Notes: generated by a model not told the origin, from the letters alone. Numbered from the stretch's first letter, positions 8,932 through 20,218 are shown. The stretch is 64,000 nucleotides of DNA from an uncultured bacterium (GCA_965372795.1 CBDVDR010000001.1:283800-347799), one strand, 5' to 3'. Translations and numbers: made by a program.

Positions 8932-11900
8932 ATGCGAACAAAACTTCTTTTCGGTCTTATCACTTTCCTTCTCCTCACAACAGGTGCAGCTTGGGGTCAA
9001 ACTCAAATGAATCTGGACCATGTTGAAGGCTTGACGCCAGAATTAACTTTAACTGCCGATGGTATTACCCCAATTATATTTCATATAGGGATGAATAATA
9101 CTTCAGGTTCAAATATTAAAGGCTGGACCAATGGATTTCATGTCTATACAACTACAGGTGCCCAATGGACCATCCCTGCCAGTGATACTATCGGGTATTA
9201 TACCGGGGTAATTCTTCCAAGCATGGCTGAACAAAAATTTGTCAATCAGTTCAGTGTTGATGGAATAGGTGCCGACACAGTTGGTTTTGGAGGCTTTTCG
9301 TTATTTGCCCCGGGTATTCCAACTGATTTAAACGAAATTGTCTGGACAATAAATATTGGTACAATTGATCCTGCCTACAACGGTGGCGAGATTTGTTTAG
9401 ATACTTCATTCTACCCTCCGGCTGGTGGTTGGAGTTGGTCAACACCAAGTGGTCCAGTTCTACCAACCTGGGGTGGACCTCAGTGTTTTGCTATTGGTGA
9501 AGCTGCTTCCAATACCGCCCCGGTTTTTAATCCGATTGGTAATAAAATTGGTGCAGAGAATTCAAATCTGACTTTTGTAGTATCAGCAACCGATGCTGAT
9601 TTAGACCCGTTAACATATTCGATCACTTCCACTGATTTACCGACAGGATATACTTTTGTTGACGGTACTTTCGACTGGACTCCTTCATTTAGTGATGAAG
9701 GTGCTTATACGGTAACTTTCCAGGTATCTGATGGAACAGATACTGATGAAGAAATCATATCTATTACTATCGCAAATACAAATCAGGCTCCGATTTTAAG
9801 CGCCATTGGTGACAAATCTACTGATGAAGGTATAAATTTATCCTTCCCGGTTTTCGGATCTGACCCTGATGGTGATGATCTTACTTATTCAATAACATCA
9901 ACAGATTTACCAACCGGTTATACTTTTGCAGCTTCAATTTTCAATTGGAATCCTGCTTTTGATGAAGCCGGTGTTTATTCTGTAACATTCCAGGCTTCAG
10001 ATGGTGATGATACTGATGAAGAGACTATTACTATTACAGTACTCAATACTAATCGCGCTCCGGAGTTAAATGCTATCGGTAATAAAGAAACCGATGAGGG
10101 TGTTAATCTGAATTTTGCCGTTACCGGCAGTGATCCGGATGCAGACGCTGTAACCTTCTCAATTACTGATACGGATCTTCCAGCAGGTTATACTTTTGTT
10201 GGCGGTGTTTTTGACTGGACCCCGGGTTCTACCGATGATGGAATTTATTCTGTTACATTTGAGATTTCTGATGGTCTTCTTACTGCTGATGAAACAATCT
10301 CGATTACTGTTATCGATGTTAATAACGCCCCGGTATTTGATCCTTTAGCTGATCAAATCGTGAGTGAAAACAGTAATCTGAATTTTGCTGTAAATGCAAT
10401 TGATCCTGAAGGTGATGGTTTAACTTACTCAATTTCTGCCTCTGACCTTCCGGGTGGACATACCTTTGTAGGAAGCACCTTTGACTGGACACCAACATTT
10501 GATGATGAAGGTGTTTACTCGGTAACATTCAGTGTGACTGATGGAGTTAATCCTGCGGTTGAGCAGATAATTTCAATTACGGTCAATAATACAAACCGTG
10601 CTCCTGTTTTCAATCCAATTGCTGATCAAATCGTGAGTGAAGACAGTAATTTGAATTTTGCTGTCAGTGCAACAGATGCTGACCTTGATGGTTTAACTTA
10701 TAGCATTACTACTAATGATCTTCCGGGTGGGCATACCTTTATAGACGGAGTCTTTGATTGGACGCCTACATTTGATGATGAAGGTATTTACTCGGTAACA
10801 TTCTCAGTTACTGATGGTGCTGATGCTGTTGAAACAACAATCTCTGTTACTGTAAATAACACAAACCGGGCACCTGTTCTTGGTTCAATTGGCAATCAAG
10901 AAATAGATGAAGGCGCTCTTTTAACCTTTACTGCTTCGGCAACCGATGATGATGGTGAAGCTCTTACATTTAGTATAACCGCTACTGATTTACCGATTGG
11001 ATATACTTTTGTAGACGGAGTTTTTGAATGGACACCCGGATTTACAGAAGCCAGTGTTTATAGTGCTACAATAGAAGTCACTGATGGTGATTTAACTGAT
11101 ACTGAAACAATTTCAATAACAGTTAATGATTCACCACGCTGGGTATTGGACCCGATTGGTGACAAAGAAGTTTCAGAAAACTCCAATTTAACTTTCCCGG
11201 TTCCTTTCAGTAATCCTGATAGCGAAATATTAACTCTGACAGCTAGCGGTGTTCCTGTCGGTGCTACTTTTGACGGCATTGAGTTTGTCTGGAACACTAC
11301 TTTTGATGATGAAGGTGAATATTTTGTAACCTTTACCCTAACAGATGGCGACATTGTTAAAGATGAAACCATTTCAATATTAGTTACTAATGTTAACCGG
11401 GCTCCGGTATTAACAGCTATTGGTGATAAATTTGTTGATGAAGATGCGAATCTGAATTTTGCTCTTGCAGCAACTGATGATGATGGTGATGATTTGACAT
11501 TCTCAATAAGTGCCACCGATCTTCCGGTTGGTTATACTTTTGTAGATGGTGTCTTTGACTGGACGACTACTTTTGATGATGAAGGCGTTTACTCGGCTAC
11601 TTTTGTGGTCTCCGATGGCGATGACACATCTGAAGAAACAATTGCCATTACAGTCACCGATGTTAACCGTGCTCCTTCGATTGACTCCCCCGGAGATAAG
11701 ATTGTAAACGAAGGCGTCAATCTGAACTTTGCTGTTACCGGTGATGATCCGGATGGTGACGGGCTTACATTTAGTATTTCCTCAACTAATCTTCCGGTTG
11801 GATATACATTTGTAGACGGTGTTTTTGACTGGATCCCTGGTTTTGAAGATGCAGGAATTTATTCTGCTACCTTCCAGGTAACCGATGGTGAGTTCACCGC

Positions 11901-14900
11901 CGAAACAACTATTACAATTGAAGTTGTAAACTTTGCCCGTTGGTCACTTATTCCTATCGGTGATAAAGAAGTATTAGAGAATGACAATCTTGGATTCACA
12001 ATTACATACAGCAATCCAGATAGTGATGATCTTACTCTTACTTCAACTGCTTTACCGGGAACTGCAACATTGACCGGTGATGTTTTTGACTGGACAACAA
12101 CTTTTGATGATGCCGGTATTTATCCGGTAACATTTACTATTACCGATGGCGTCTTTTCTCAAGACGAAACAATTAATATCACTGTTACCAATGTCAACCG
12201 CGCTCCGGAAATGACTTTAATTGGTAACAAAGAGACTGATGAAAATATAAACTTGAACTTTACCGTTCTTGCAACCGATGATGATGGCGATGCATTGACA
12301 TTCTCAATCAGTGCCACTGATCTTCCGGTTGGATATACTTTTGTTGATGGTGTCTTTGACTGGACACCAAGCTTTGATGATGACGGTGTTTATAGTGCAA
12401 CATTCTCAGTAACTGATGGTACTGATGCAGTAGAAGAAATTATCAGTATCACGGTCAATAATGTAAACCGTGTGCCGGTATTAACCGCTATCGGTGATAA
12501 AACCGGTTCAGAGAACAGCCAATTGACCTTTGTTATTGTTGGTTCTGACCCTGATGGTGATGATCTGATTTATACAATGACTTCAATTGATTTACCGGTT
12601 GAAGCATCCTTTGATGTAAATACTCAGACTTTTGACTGGACTCCTGCTTTTGGAGAAGCGGAAACTTACTCAGCTACCTTTACGGTATCTGATGGTGTTC
12701 TAAGTACTGAAGAAACCATCAGTATTGTAATTTCTGCTACAAACCGAACTCCGGTTGTAGATGCAATTGATGATTTCAATATTGATGAATGTGATGTTAT
12801 AGATGTAATCTTTACTTCTACTGACCCGGATGGTGATGCCCTTGCATTGTCAGTGGCTACTTTGGTTGACGGTATGACATTCACCGATTTAGGTGATGGT
12901 ACCGGACGCTTCCAGTACAACCCGACTTATGACAGTGAAGGTTCTTACCCGCTTACTTTAACAGTTTTTGATGGTTCAGAATCTGTCTTAGAAGACTTCA
13001 CAGTTAATGTAACTGACTGTTTACCTCCTTATATTCTCAGCTTAGGTTCACCGGCAACAGTGCCGGGTTCAAGAGTCGCGATAGCTTTGACTTATGAAAA
13101 TGCCTGTGAATTAGTCAACATGACTTCAACCATTGGTTGGACTTCAGAACTGATGAATCTTGATTCAGTAAGTTTTGTTGGAAGCAATGTTGATTACCTC
13201 GTTGGTAACAGTTCAGAAATATTAGCAGGTACTGCCACTATCAATAGTGAAGTAGGTGCCGGTGAAACAAATATCCCTGCGGGCGGCGGACTTTTCGCAA
13301 CCCTTCATTTCTCACTTGATGCCGGTATTGCAGAAAACCTTTATCCGATTACAATAAATTCATCGCAGTTTGTTTATGACTGTGGCGAAGGTCTGCTAAT
13401 TGCTGATCCGCTTGTTATCAATGGCGGTGTCTTGATTCAGTTCACTGAGACATTTGTCTGCGGTACTGTTATTGATGACCTTGGTGTTCCTATTGAAGGA
13501 TCAACAGTTGAACTCTGGGATGACTTCCCATTTGCTAAAGGGGTGCAATTATCGACTACAACCAACAGCTTTGGTTCATTTGCTTTTGCAGATGTTGCTG
13601 TTGGAACCTTCTCCCTTTATGCTTATCAGGAAAGTTACTATCCTGGAATCGAAAGAGATCTTAACTCCGGTACAACCGGAATTATGATAACACAGAAAGC
13701 TGTTCCGGCAGTTGTTATGGGTCCGGAATGGGTCAACCTTTACTGTGATTTTAATACTTTGAATGATGTGGCGGTACCTGTTGGTACAGTTATCGACGCA
13801 TATTCAATTGATGGCGTTCATGCCGGTACCTATTATGTCACAACCGAAGGCAGCTACGGCTTTATGTCGGTCTACGGTTCTGATATTTACAGTGGTAATG
13901 GCGGAATATTAAAAGATGAACCGATTCGTCTGTTCATAAACGAAATTGAAGCATTCTCCGGCACCGATCCAACCTGGACCGGTAATGGTGATAGAATTGA
14001 AGCCTGTTTGTCAGCTTCTCATATAACAACTCAATCCTGTGAATTAGTTGAAGGATGGAATCTTGTCAGTTGGAGAAACGATACCAACAATGACGAGATC
14101 GCCAATGTTTTAGCATCTTTAGGCGACTGTATTGAAGTTGTCCTTGGATTTGAACAAGGCGGTTTAACTTATGATCCTACCCTTCCTGCATTTTCAACTT
14201 TGAATGAAGTCGATCATTTGAGTGGTTACTGGATTAAAATAGCCCAGGGTTGTGCTACCACGATGCTTGAAATCGATGGTGCCCCGGTACCGGCTATTTC
14301 TCCTATCTCATTAACTACCGGATGGAACCTTGTATCTTATCTGCCTGAAGAAACTCTTCCGACAGAAAATGCTCTTGGTTCAATCCATGATAATTTGACC
14401 ATAGCACTTGGCTTTGATGGAGCAGGTTTAACCTACACACCGAATAATCCAAATGCGACTGATATGGATGATATGAGTTCATGCTTTGGCTACTGGGTTA
14501 AAGTTACTCAGGATGATATCCTAACTTACCCGGGTGCGGGAACTCCGGCTAAAGCCGTAGTAAGCACAGCCAAGCTTGCAACAGATGCCGGTAAGAATAT
14601 ACCTAAATCAACAAGCTGGGTTAATCTGTACTCTCATCAATTGACCTTAAACGATATCTCTATCGGTTCCGGTTCAGAGATTACAGCTCATAATCTTAAT
14701 GGTGATATCATCGGAAGTTACACTATCGGTGAAAGTGGTCGATTTGGTTTCATGTCAGTTTATGCTGATGACCCGACCTCTAAGGATGTTGATGGTGTTG
14801 TCGCCGGTGAATCATTCTACCTTTCAGTTGATGGTCATAAAACCAACGAAACCTTTACCTGGACTCAGAGTGGTGATAGAATTGAAGTCGCTGCCTTGAC

Positions 14901-15210
14901 GACCAGTGATGATGTTAAAGGCTCACTACCGGGTAGTTATAGTTTGAATCAGAACTATCCTAATCCGTTCAACCCGACTACAACTATCAAGTTCAGTTTG
15001 GCTAAATCCGGTCAGGCTAAACTCCAGATCTTCAATATTCTGGGTGAAGTAGTCGCTACCCCGTTTAATAGCTTTGCTGATGCCGGCCAGAATGAAGTAG
15101 TCTGGGACGGTAAAGATAATAACGGAAAATCAGTCTCATCAGGTATTTACTTCTACCGCTTAACTGCCGATAATTATACCGAGACTAAGAAGATGACTCT
15201 TCTTAAATAG
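8932..15210 (+). CDS. Giant secreted surface protein (2092 aa): N-terminal domain, 13 cadherin-like/Ig repeats, cohesin-like domain, C-terminal FlgD/T9SS-type domain
   Basis: AAGGAG SD and signal peptide; ~90-aa NxAP...D.D.D.L...FDWTP...G.Y...F.V.DG repeats; ends NQNYPNPFNP...KKMTLLK. Confidence 0.85.
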   Translation: MRTKLLFGLITFLLLTTGAAWGQTQMNLDHVEGLTPELTLTADGITPIIFHIGMNNTSGSNIKGWTNGFHVYTTTGAQWTIPASDTIGYYTGVILPSMAEQKFVNQFSVDGIGADTVGFGGFSLFAPGIPTDLNEIVWTINIGTIDPAYNGGEICLDTSFYPPAGGWSWSTPSGPVLPTWGGPQCFAIGEAASNTAPVFNPIGNKIGAENSNLTFVVSATDADLDPLTYSITSTDLPTGYTFVDGTFDWTPSFSDEGAYTVTFQVSDGTDTDEEIISITIANTNQAPILSAIGDKSTDEGINLSFPVFGSDPDGDDLTYSITSTDLPTGYTFAASIFNWNPAFDEAGVYSVTFQASDGDDTDEETITITVLNTNRAPELNAIGNKETDEGVNLNFAVTGSDPDADAVTFSITDTDLPAGYTFVGGVFDWTPGSTDDGIYSVTFEISDGLLTADETISITVIDVNNAPVFDPLADQIVSENSNLNFAVNAIDPEGDGLTYSISASDLPGGHTFVGSTFDWTPTFDDEGVYSVTFSVTDGVNPAVEQIISITVNNTNRAPVFNPIADQIVSEDSNLNFAVSATDADLDGLTYSITTNDLPGGHTFIDGVFDWTPTFDDEGIYSVTFSVTDGADAVETTISVTVNNTNRAPVLGSIGNQEIDEGALLTFTASATDDDGEALTFSITATDLPIGYTFVDGVFEWTPGFTEASVYSATIEVTDGDLTDTETISITVNDSPRWVLDPIGDKEVSENSNLTFPVPFSNPDSEILTLTASGVPVGATFDGIEFVWNTTFDDEGEYFVTFTLTDGDIVKDETISILVTNVNRAPVLTAIGDKFVDEDANLNFALAATDDDGDDLTFSISATDLPVGYTFVDGVFDWTTTFDDEGVYSATFVVSDGDDTSEETIAITVTDVNRAPSIDSPGDKIVNEGVNLNFAVTGDDPDGDGLTFSISSTNLPVGYTFVDGVFDWIPGFEDAGIYSATFQVTDGEFTAETTITIEVVNFARWSLIPIGDKEVLENDNLGFTITYSNPDSDDLTLTSTALPGTATLTGDVFDWTTTFDDAGIYPVTFTITDGVFSQDETINITVTNVNRAPEMTLIGNKETDENINLNFTVLATDDDGDALTFSISATDLPVGYTFVDGVFDWTPSFDDDGVYSATFSVTDGTDAVEEIISITVNNVNRVPVLTAIGDKTGSENSQLTFVIVGSDPDGDDLIYTMTSIDLPVEASFDVNTQTFDWTPAFGEAETYSATFTVSDGVLSTEETISIVISATNRTPVVDAIDDFNIDECDVIDVIFTSTDPDGDALALSVATLVDGMTFTDLGDGTGRFQYNPTYDSEGSYPLTLTVFDGSESVLEDFTVNVTDCLPPYILSLGSPATVPGSRVAIALTYENACELVNMTSTIGWTSELMNLDSVSFVGSNVDYLVGNSSEILAGTATINSEVGAGETNIPAGGGLFATLHFSLDAGIAENLYPITINSSQFVYDCGEGLLIADPLVINGGVLIQFTETFVCGTVIDDLGVPIEGSTVELWDDFPFAKGVQLSTTTNSFGSFAFADVAVGTFSLYAYQESYYPGIERDLNSGTTGIMITQKAVPAVVMGPEWVNLYCDFNTLNDVAVPVGTVIDAYSIDGVHAGTYYVTTEGSYGFMSVYGSDIYSGNGGILKDEPIRLFINEIEAFSGTDPTWTGNGDRIEACLSASHITTQSCELVEGWNLVSWRNDTNNDEIANVLASLGDCIEVVLGFEQGGLTYDPTLPAFSTLNEVDHLSGYWIKIAQGCATTMLEIDGAPVPAISPISLTTGWNLVSYLPEETLPTENALGSIHDNLTIALGFDGAGLTYTPNNPNATDMDDMSSCFGYWVKVTQDDILTYPGAGTPAKAVVSTAKLATDAGKNIPKSTSWVNLYSHQLTLNDISIGSGSEITAHNLNGDIIGSYTIGESGRFGFMSVYADDPTSKDVDGVVAGESFYLSVDGHKTNETFTWTQSGDRIEVAALTTSDDVKGSLPGSYSLNQNYPNPFNPTTTIKFSLAKSGQAKLQIFNILGEVVATPFNSFADAGQNEVVWDGKDNNGKSVSSGIYFYRLTADNYTETKKMTLLK

Positions 15211-15241
15211 GGATTAAACCTTATATAGGATTAACAATATT

Positions 15242-15267
15242 TTCCAGCCGGCTATAGCCGGCTGGAA
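15242..15267 (+). other. Strong intercistronic hairpin without a U-tract (possible mRNA stabiliser or stoichiometry element)
   Basis: TTCCAGCCGGC-TATA-GCCGGCTGGAA perfect palindrome between two co-directional genes. Confidence 0.5.
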
Positions 15268-15284
15268 TTAAATACAGGGGTACT

Positions 15285-18251
15285 GTGAAAAAAACTTCCT
15301 CATTGATAGCAATTATTGGAATATTATTTCTATTTCTATCTATTTCAATTTCTGCTGATGTAATTCCAACAACAGAATGGACTTCATTTTTCGGTGAAAT
15401 AACTTACAATGATCAACCGGCACCAGTAGGTACGATTGTTGATGCTTATGATCCTGATGGAATATTATGCGGATCGTTTACAGTTAAAGAAGAGGGTTGG
15501 TTTGGACTGCTAAATGTCTATGGCGATGATGCCATAACTGATACAATTGATGAAGGAGCCAATACCGGTGATATAATAACACTAATGGTTAATAATCGAG
15601 AAGTTGTTATTGATTCAGGTGATATAATCTGGCAATCAAAAGTATTACCTAAACAAATAAATATTTCCTCAAGTGCGGCTGTTGCATTTTCTCTTATTGA
15701 TTTTGAGGATGTAAAAACGGGTGAACCGGGTGAAACTGTAAGATTTGAAATCGGGGTTCAAAATGATGGAACCGGGTTAGATTTTTATCAAATTGACCCA
15801 GTAAGTTCCTCTAATTGGAATATTCCAGAAACATCAGGATTTGTCTATGCACTCCCTTATGACACAGCCTATGTTTATTTTGATATCGTAGTACCGCTTG
15901 CCCCATCACCGTTTATTGATACAATTACTTTTACGGTATCTTCACCTCTTGATGCCACTCAACAGGTTGAAAAAGCTTACATCATTAAGCAGTTTGATGG
16001 TGGAATTGATATTTATGATTTTGAAGTAATCGCTATTCCAAGTGATACATCCGGTTCTCCTGATGAGACCATTGAACTAAATATTGAGATTCAAAATTTA
16101 GGTATCACCAGTGATTCATACAGTCTGACTATAAATCAATTCAGTGATTGGACTATTACACAGCAAGCTTTGGTTTCGATACTTCCAGGTCAGACAGATT
16201 ATTTAAAGTTTTATGTTACAATACCGAATGATTTTACTGTTTTAGAAAACAATATCGACTATACCATTGAATCGATTGGCGACCCCACAAAAATTTATGA
16301 AAATAGTGTTTTAGTAGCTGTGATACCAAATCCTGTTTCGGTTCTGACAGTTGTTGATCCGCCCAATAATCAAAACGGCGTTCCGGGAGAAACAGTACGC
16401 TTTTTAATCGGAACTAAAAATGACGGCACGACATCTGATTTGTATACGGTAACTGCTGCGTCGGCAAAAGATTGGAATATTACCAGTCAGGATTCTATTT
16501 TCAACACGCCGGGCAATACTGAATATGTTTATTTTGATGTGGAAGTCCCACTTCATATAGGAACCTTGACTGATACAATCACCTACACAGTATCTTCATA
16601 CATCGACCCGACTCAATTTTACACTTCAACCGTTGAGCTTGTAAGTTCATCAGATATTTTTGTAGCATTCACGATAATTGAGCCGGCAGTAAATAAAGCC
16701 GGATTCCCGGGTGATACAATTACGTTTTCTGTCAAAGTCAGGAATGATGGAAACAGCACAGATATTTATCGGATGTCTACACAATCGATGAAAAACTGGG
16801 AAACAATTGATGACAATATGGTTTTTACCAGTCCGGGATTTATTTCAGAAGTTTCATTTAGCGTTATCATTCCTGAAGCCATTGACGCGACATACGATGT
16901 TTTAGATTATACGCTCGCCTCGATTGTCGACCCGTCTAAAACCTATAGTGGTAAAGTTATCTTAACCAGCTCTCAACAGGAAATATTCATAATGTCGGTT
17001 CTTAGCGAACCTGACGATCAACATGCAACCCCCGGAAGTACAGCTCGTTATACAATGACGGTTCGTAATGATGGGAATGCTGCTGACCTTTACAGCCTGG
17101 TTACAACTTCTGCCAGCGGATGGATGACAACTGATAGTTCAGCAATTTCAAATGAGCCGGGTGAAACAATAAAAATTTATTTTGATGTTGAAGTTCCTGC
17201 AGAAGCAACCAACGGCATGGTTGATGATGTTTTCTTCCGCCTGGTTTCAATTAATGATGAGACCCAGTTTTTGGAAGGATATGTTTATACAACCGTTGAT
17301 GATAACGCCAATGTAGTTCTTAATGCTTTCTTATCACCGGTTGAACAATCAGCTTATCCGGGTGATATTGTCAGATTTACAATAGGTGCTACCAACGAAG
17401 GAAACAGTACCGATATTTATAAGCTGACCTCATCTTCATCATTAGGATGGCTAACCGTAAATACCGATTCAACGTTTATAAGCCCCGGCGATACACAGTA
17501 TGTATCATTTGATGTATATGTTCCTGTTAATGCCGGCGATGTTGAAGATATTATATCATTCCGCCTGGAATCATACATTGATCCGGCTCAATACCATGAA
17601 GGCGTTGTAAAGTTAACAAGCTCTCGCCGAGGATTTGTTGCTCTTACAATGGTTGATTATCCTTTAGATCAATCCGGTGCTCCGGGAGGTACGGCAAGAT
17701 TTTCATTTACTATTCGTAATGATGGCAATGCTCAGGATATCTATGGAATAACAGCCACAACAGCCTTAGGCTGGACAATTACCACTTTAGATAATATTTC
17801 TAATGAACCTTCACAAACAGCAGCCTTGTATTTTGATGTAACAATTCCAAGTACGGCATTGAATATAGTTGAGACGGTTATATTCAGAGTCTTTTCTCAA
17901 ATTGATGCTAATGAGTACTTTGAAGATACATTAACTCTTTCAATTCTGCCTACTGATGTTGAAGACGGTAATGGAATAGATATTCCTGATAATTTTGCAG
18001 TCAGTCAGAACTATCCCAATCCGTTTAATCCATCGACAACAATAGAATATGCCCTGCCTCAAAAATCTGAAGTTCGCTTGGATATTATTAATATTCTTGG
18101 GCAGTTTGTTGAAACTAAAAATTTAGGATATCAAGCTGCAGGCTATCATACTATTGATTTTGACGGCTCAGCCTTATCCAGCGGTATTTATTTCTACCGT
18201 ATAATAACTGACTTCGGCGTAGAATCCAAGAAAATGGTCCTGCTTAAATAA
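15285..18251 (+). CDS. Secreted protein with seven NEW3/NPCBM-associated-like Ig repeats and a FlgD/T9SS-type CTD
   Basis: GTG start and signal peptide; seven G.PG.T..F...V.N.G...D.Y repeats; SQNYPNPFNP...KKMVLLK. Confidence 0.8.
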   Translation: MKKTSSLIAIIGILFLFLSISISADVIPTTEWTSFFGEITYNDQPAPVGTIVDAYDPDGILCGSFTVKEEGWFGLLNVYGDDAITDTIDEGANTGDIITLMVNNREVVIDSGDIIWQSKVLPKQINISSSAAVAFSLIDFEDVKTGEPGETVRFEIGVQNDGTGLDFYQIDPVSSSNWNIPETSGFVYALPYDTAYVYFDIVVPLAPSPFIDTITFTVSSPLDATQQVEKAYIIKQFDGGIDIYDFEVIAIPSDTSGSPDETIELNIEIQNLGITSDSYSLTINQFSDWTITQQALVSILPGQTDYLKFYVTIPNDFTVLENNIDYTIESIGDPTKIYENSVLVAVIPNPVSVLTVVDPPNNQNGVPGETVRFLIGTKNDGTTSDLYTVTAASAKDWNITSQDSIFNTPGNTEYVYFDVEVPLHIGTLTDTITYTVSSYIDPTQFYTSTVELVSSSDIFVAFTIIEPAVNKAGFPGDTITFSVKVRNDGNSTDIYRMSTQSMKNWETIDDNMVFTSPGFISEVSFSVIIPEAIDATYDVLDYTLASIVDPSKTYSGKVILTSSQQEIFIMSVLSEPDDQHATPGSTARYTMTVRNDGNAADLYSLVTTSASGWMTTDSSAISNEPGETIKIYFDVEVPAEATNGMVDDVFFRLVSINDETQFLEGYVYTTVDDNANVVLNAFLSPVEQSAYPGDIVRFTIGATNEGNSTDIYKLTSSSSLGWLTVNTDSTFISPGDTQYVSFDVYVPVNAGDVEDIISFRLESYIDPAQYHEGVVKLTSSRRGFVALTMVDYPLDQSGAPGGTARFSFTIRNDGNAQDIYGITATTALGWTITTLDNISNEPSQTAALYFDVTIPSTALNIVETVIFRVFSQIDANEYFEDTLTLSILPTDVEDGNGIDIPDNFAVSQNYPNPFNPSTTIEYALPQKSEVRLDIINILGQFVETKNLGYQAAGYHTIDFDGSALSSGIYFYRIITDFGVESKKMVLLK

Positions 18252-18272
18252 GCTAAAAATTACTACTTATCA

Positions 18273-18302
18273 AAAACCCGATTGTTAAAATCGGGTTTTT
18301 TT
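18273..18302 (+). terminator. Intrinsic terminator
   Basis: AAAACCCGATT/AATCGGGTTTT stem followed by a T tract. Confidence 0.75.
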
Positions 18303-18396
18303 GTTGTCATAAATAAAAAAAATACCGATATATTATTATAATAATTATTGGATTTTATCTTTTGAAATAAATTTGATAGTTTAGACAGGATATTGC

Positions 18397-19395
18397 GTGA
18401 AAATAAAACATAAATCATCGGGTAAAACTGACGTCGGGCTCGTTAGAACAAATAATGAGGATAATTTTTTCTTTGATTCCGCAAAAGGGATTTATGTCGT
18501 TTGTGATGGCATGGGTGGTCATAACGCCGGCGAAATAGCTTCATTAACTGCTTGTGAATTAATTGAAAAAATCTTTAATAAATTATTCTCTGAAATAAAC
18601 GAAGATAAAACTCTGGGCATTGAAGCTAATCTGCCATCAAGCGGAGATGTTTTATTAAAAGCAATCAGACTTTCAAATCGTAAAATTCATAATCAGGCTT
18701 TGATCAATGAGAGCCAGTCCGGAATGGGTACGACTGTTGTTGCCGCAGTATTGGAAGATGATTTTATCTCAATCGTTCATGTTGGAGACAGCCGGTTATA
18801 TCGCCTTGATAAAGAAAAGCTCACACCTTTGACAACGGATCATTCCTGGATTGCAGAAGTTCAACGGACCACTGATTTGTCGGAAGAAGAATTAAGCAGC
18901 GTTGTTGGGAAAAATGTTATTACCCGTGCATTGGGTGTCAAAGGAACTGTTGAAGCTGATTATTCTTTGGTCAAAGTAAATCCCGGTGATTTATTTATTC
19001 TCTGCTCGGATGGACTTTGCAGCCTGGTCCCTGATGATGATATATTTAAAAGAGCTGACAAGAACAGAGGCAATCTCGACTCGCTTGTTGATAGACTGAT
19101 AGAACTTGCCAAAGAACATGGCGGTAAAGATAATATTACAGTTATTGCTATTGAAATTGAAGATGTCTTAAAAACAGTTCAACCAAATATTGAACCGTTT
19201 ACGAATTCTGAAGAAGATCAGGAAATTCTTGATATAGAAGATAATTGGCTCGAGCAGATTGAAAATACTTCAGACGAGATAATCGAGACTGAAGAAAAAC
19301 CGGAACCTTCCTCACCCAACAAGCTGTTCCTATTTTCGATATTTGCATTATTTGTAATAATCGCTGTTGTAATGATTTATATGGTGGGGAATTAA
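18397..19395 (+). CDS. PP2C-type Ser/Thr phosphatase (Stp1/PrpC family) with a C-terminal membrane anchor
   Basis: RTNNED, VCDGMGGH, GMGTT, HVGDSR, LCSDGL and DNIT motifs; hydrophobic C-terminal helix. Confidence 0.93.
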   Translation: MKIKHKSSGKTDVGLVRTNNEDNFFFDSAKGIYVVCDGMGGHNAGEIASLTACELIEKIFNKLFSEINEDKTLGIEANLPSSGDVLLKAIRLSNRKIHNQALINESQSGMGTTVVAAVLEDDFISIVHVGDSRLYRLDKEKLTPLTTDHSWIAEVQRTTDLSEEELSSVVGKNVITRALGVKGTVEADYSLVKVNPGDLFILCSDGLCSLVPDDDIFKRADKNRGNLDSLVDRLIELAKEHGGKDNITVIAIEIEDVLKTVQPNIEPFTNSEEDQEILDIEDNWLEQIENTSDEIIETEEKPEPSSPNKLFLFSIFALFVIIAVVMIYMVGN

Positions 19396-19418
19396 TCAGT
19401 CAAAGACAAACAAATCTA

Positions 19419-19446
19419 TTGACTTATACCTGTAAGTTTATATAAT
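19419..19446 (+). promoter_or_regulatory. Sigma70 promoter of tRNA-Arg
   Basis: TTGACT-N16-TATAAT, 13 nt before the tRNA. Confidence 0.7.
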
Positions 19447-19459
19447 TCACATCAATTAT

Positions 19460-19533
<74 letters not shown>

Positions 19534-19600
19534 TTTTTTTATTTCTGACTTCTAAAGTAAATCTATGACTTCTCAAATTACAGTTTAATGAAATAGTTCA

Positions 19601-19765
19601 TTTGAAGAAAATCAATTAATAATTTTTATTATTGGGAAGCCTTTGAAGAAAATCATTTTATAATTTTTATTATTGGGAAGCCTTTGAAGAAAATCAATTA
19701 ATAATTTTCATTATTTGGGAAGCCTTTGAAGAAAATCAATTAATAATTTTCATTATTTGGGAACC
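19601..19765. repeat. Four head-to-tail 41-42-bp tandem repeats
   Basis: TTTGAAGAAAATCAATTAATAATTTT(T/C)ATTATT(T)GGGAAGCC units start at 19601, 19642, 19683 and 19725, with no spacers. Confidence 0.92.
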
Positions 19766-20217
19766 TATTTATCAAGTGGAAAACAATCTTCAAATTTTAT
19801 TATTTTTAAATTACTTTCTACAACTGACTCATCCAAATAACCGATTGAATTTATATTGTGATTTAAAAATTCTTTTAATTTATTCAATTTATGGAATTTT
19901 TGTGGGGGAGTAGCAAAATGTCCGGCATAAATTAATTTCAACCAATATCTTCTATATTCTAAAACAGACATATTAAGATACTTAGTGGAAAAACAAATAT
20001 TTCGAGGAATATATTCGGTAAGAATTATCTCGTATTTATTTTCCAATTTTGTAGTTTGTCCGAAATATAATTTTCTAAGATCATCAGAAGAAATTGAATC
20101 AATTTCAGATTCAATGTTTGTTACAATAGCAATTTCGGCTGTTACAGAAGATGTAATAGCAATAATGATGACAGCCAGTAAAATGCTCAATCGGGTTAGT
20201 TTAAAATATGTATTCAT
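19765..20217 (-). CDS. Small periplasmic phosphate-ABC-substrate-binding-like protein
   Basis: Signal peptide; IAIVTN...ISSDDLRKLYFG...YW...G...PP...IGYLD pattern typical of this porin-linked family (recalled). Confidence 0.65.
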   Translation of the reverse strand: MNTYFKLTRLSILLAVIIIAITSSVTAEIAIVTNIESEIDSISSDDLRKLYFGQTTKLENKYEIILTEYIPRNICFSTKYLNMSVLEYRRYWLKLIYAGHFATPPQKFHKLNKLKEFLNHNINSIGYLDESVVESNLKIIKFEDCFPLDK

Positions 20218-20218
20218 A

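Noticed and set aside
19601..19765. Possible CRISPR array
   Set aside because: Units are contiguous with no unique spacers, and no cas genes are in the window.
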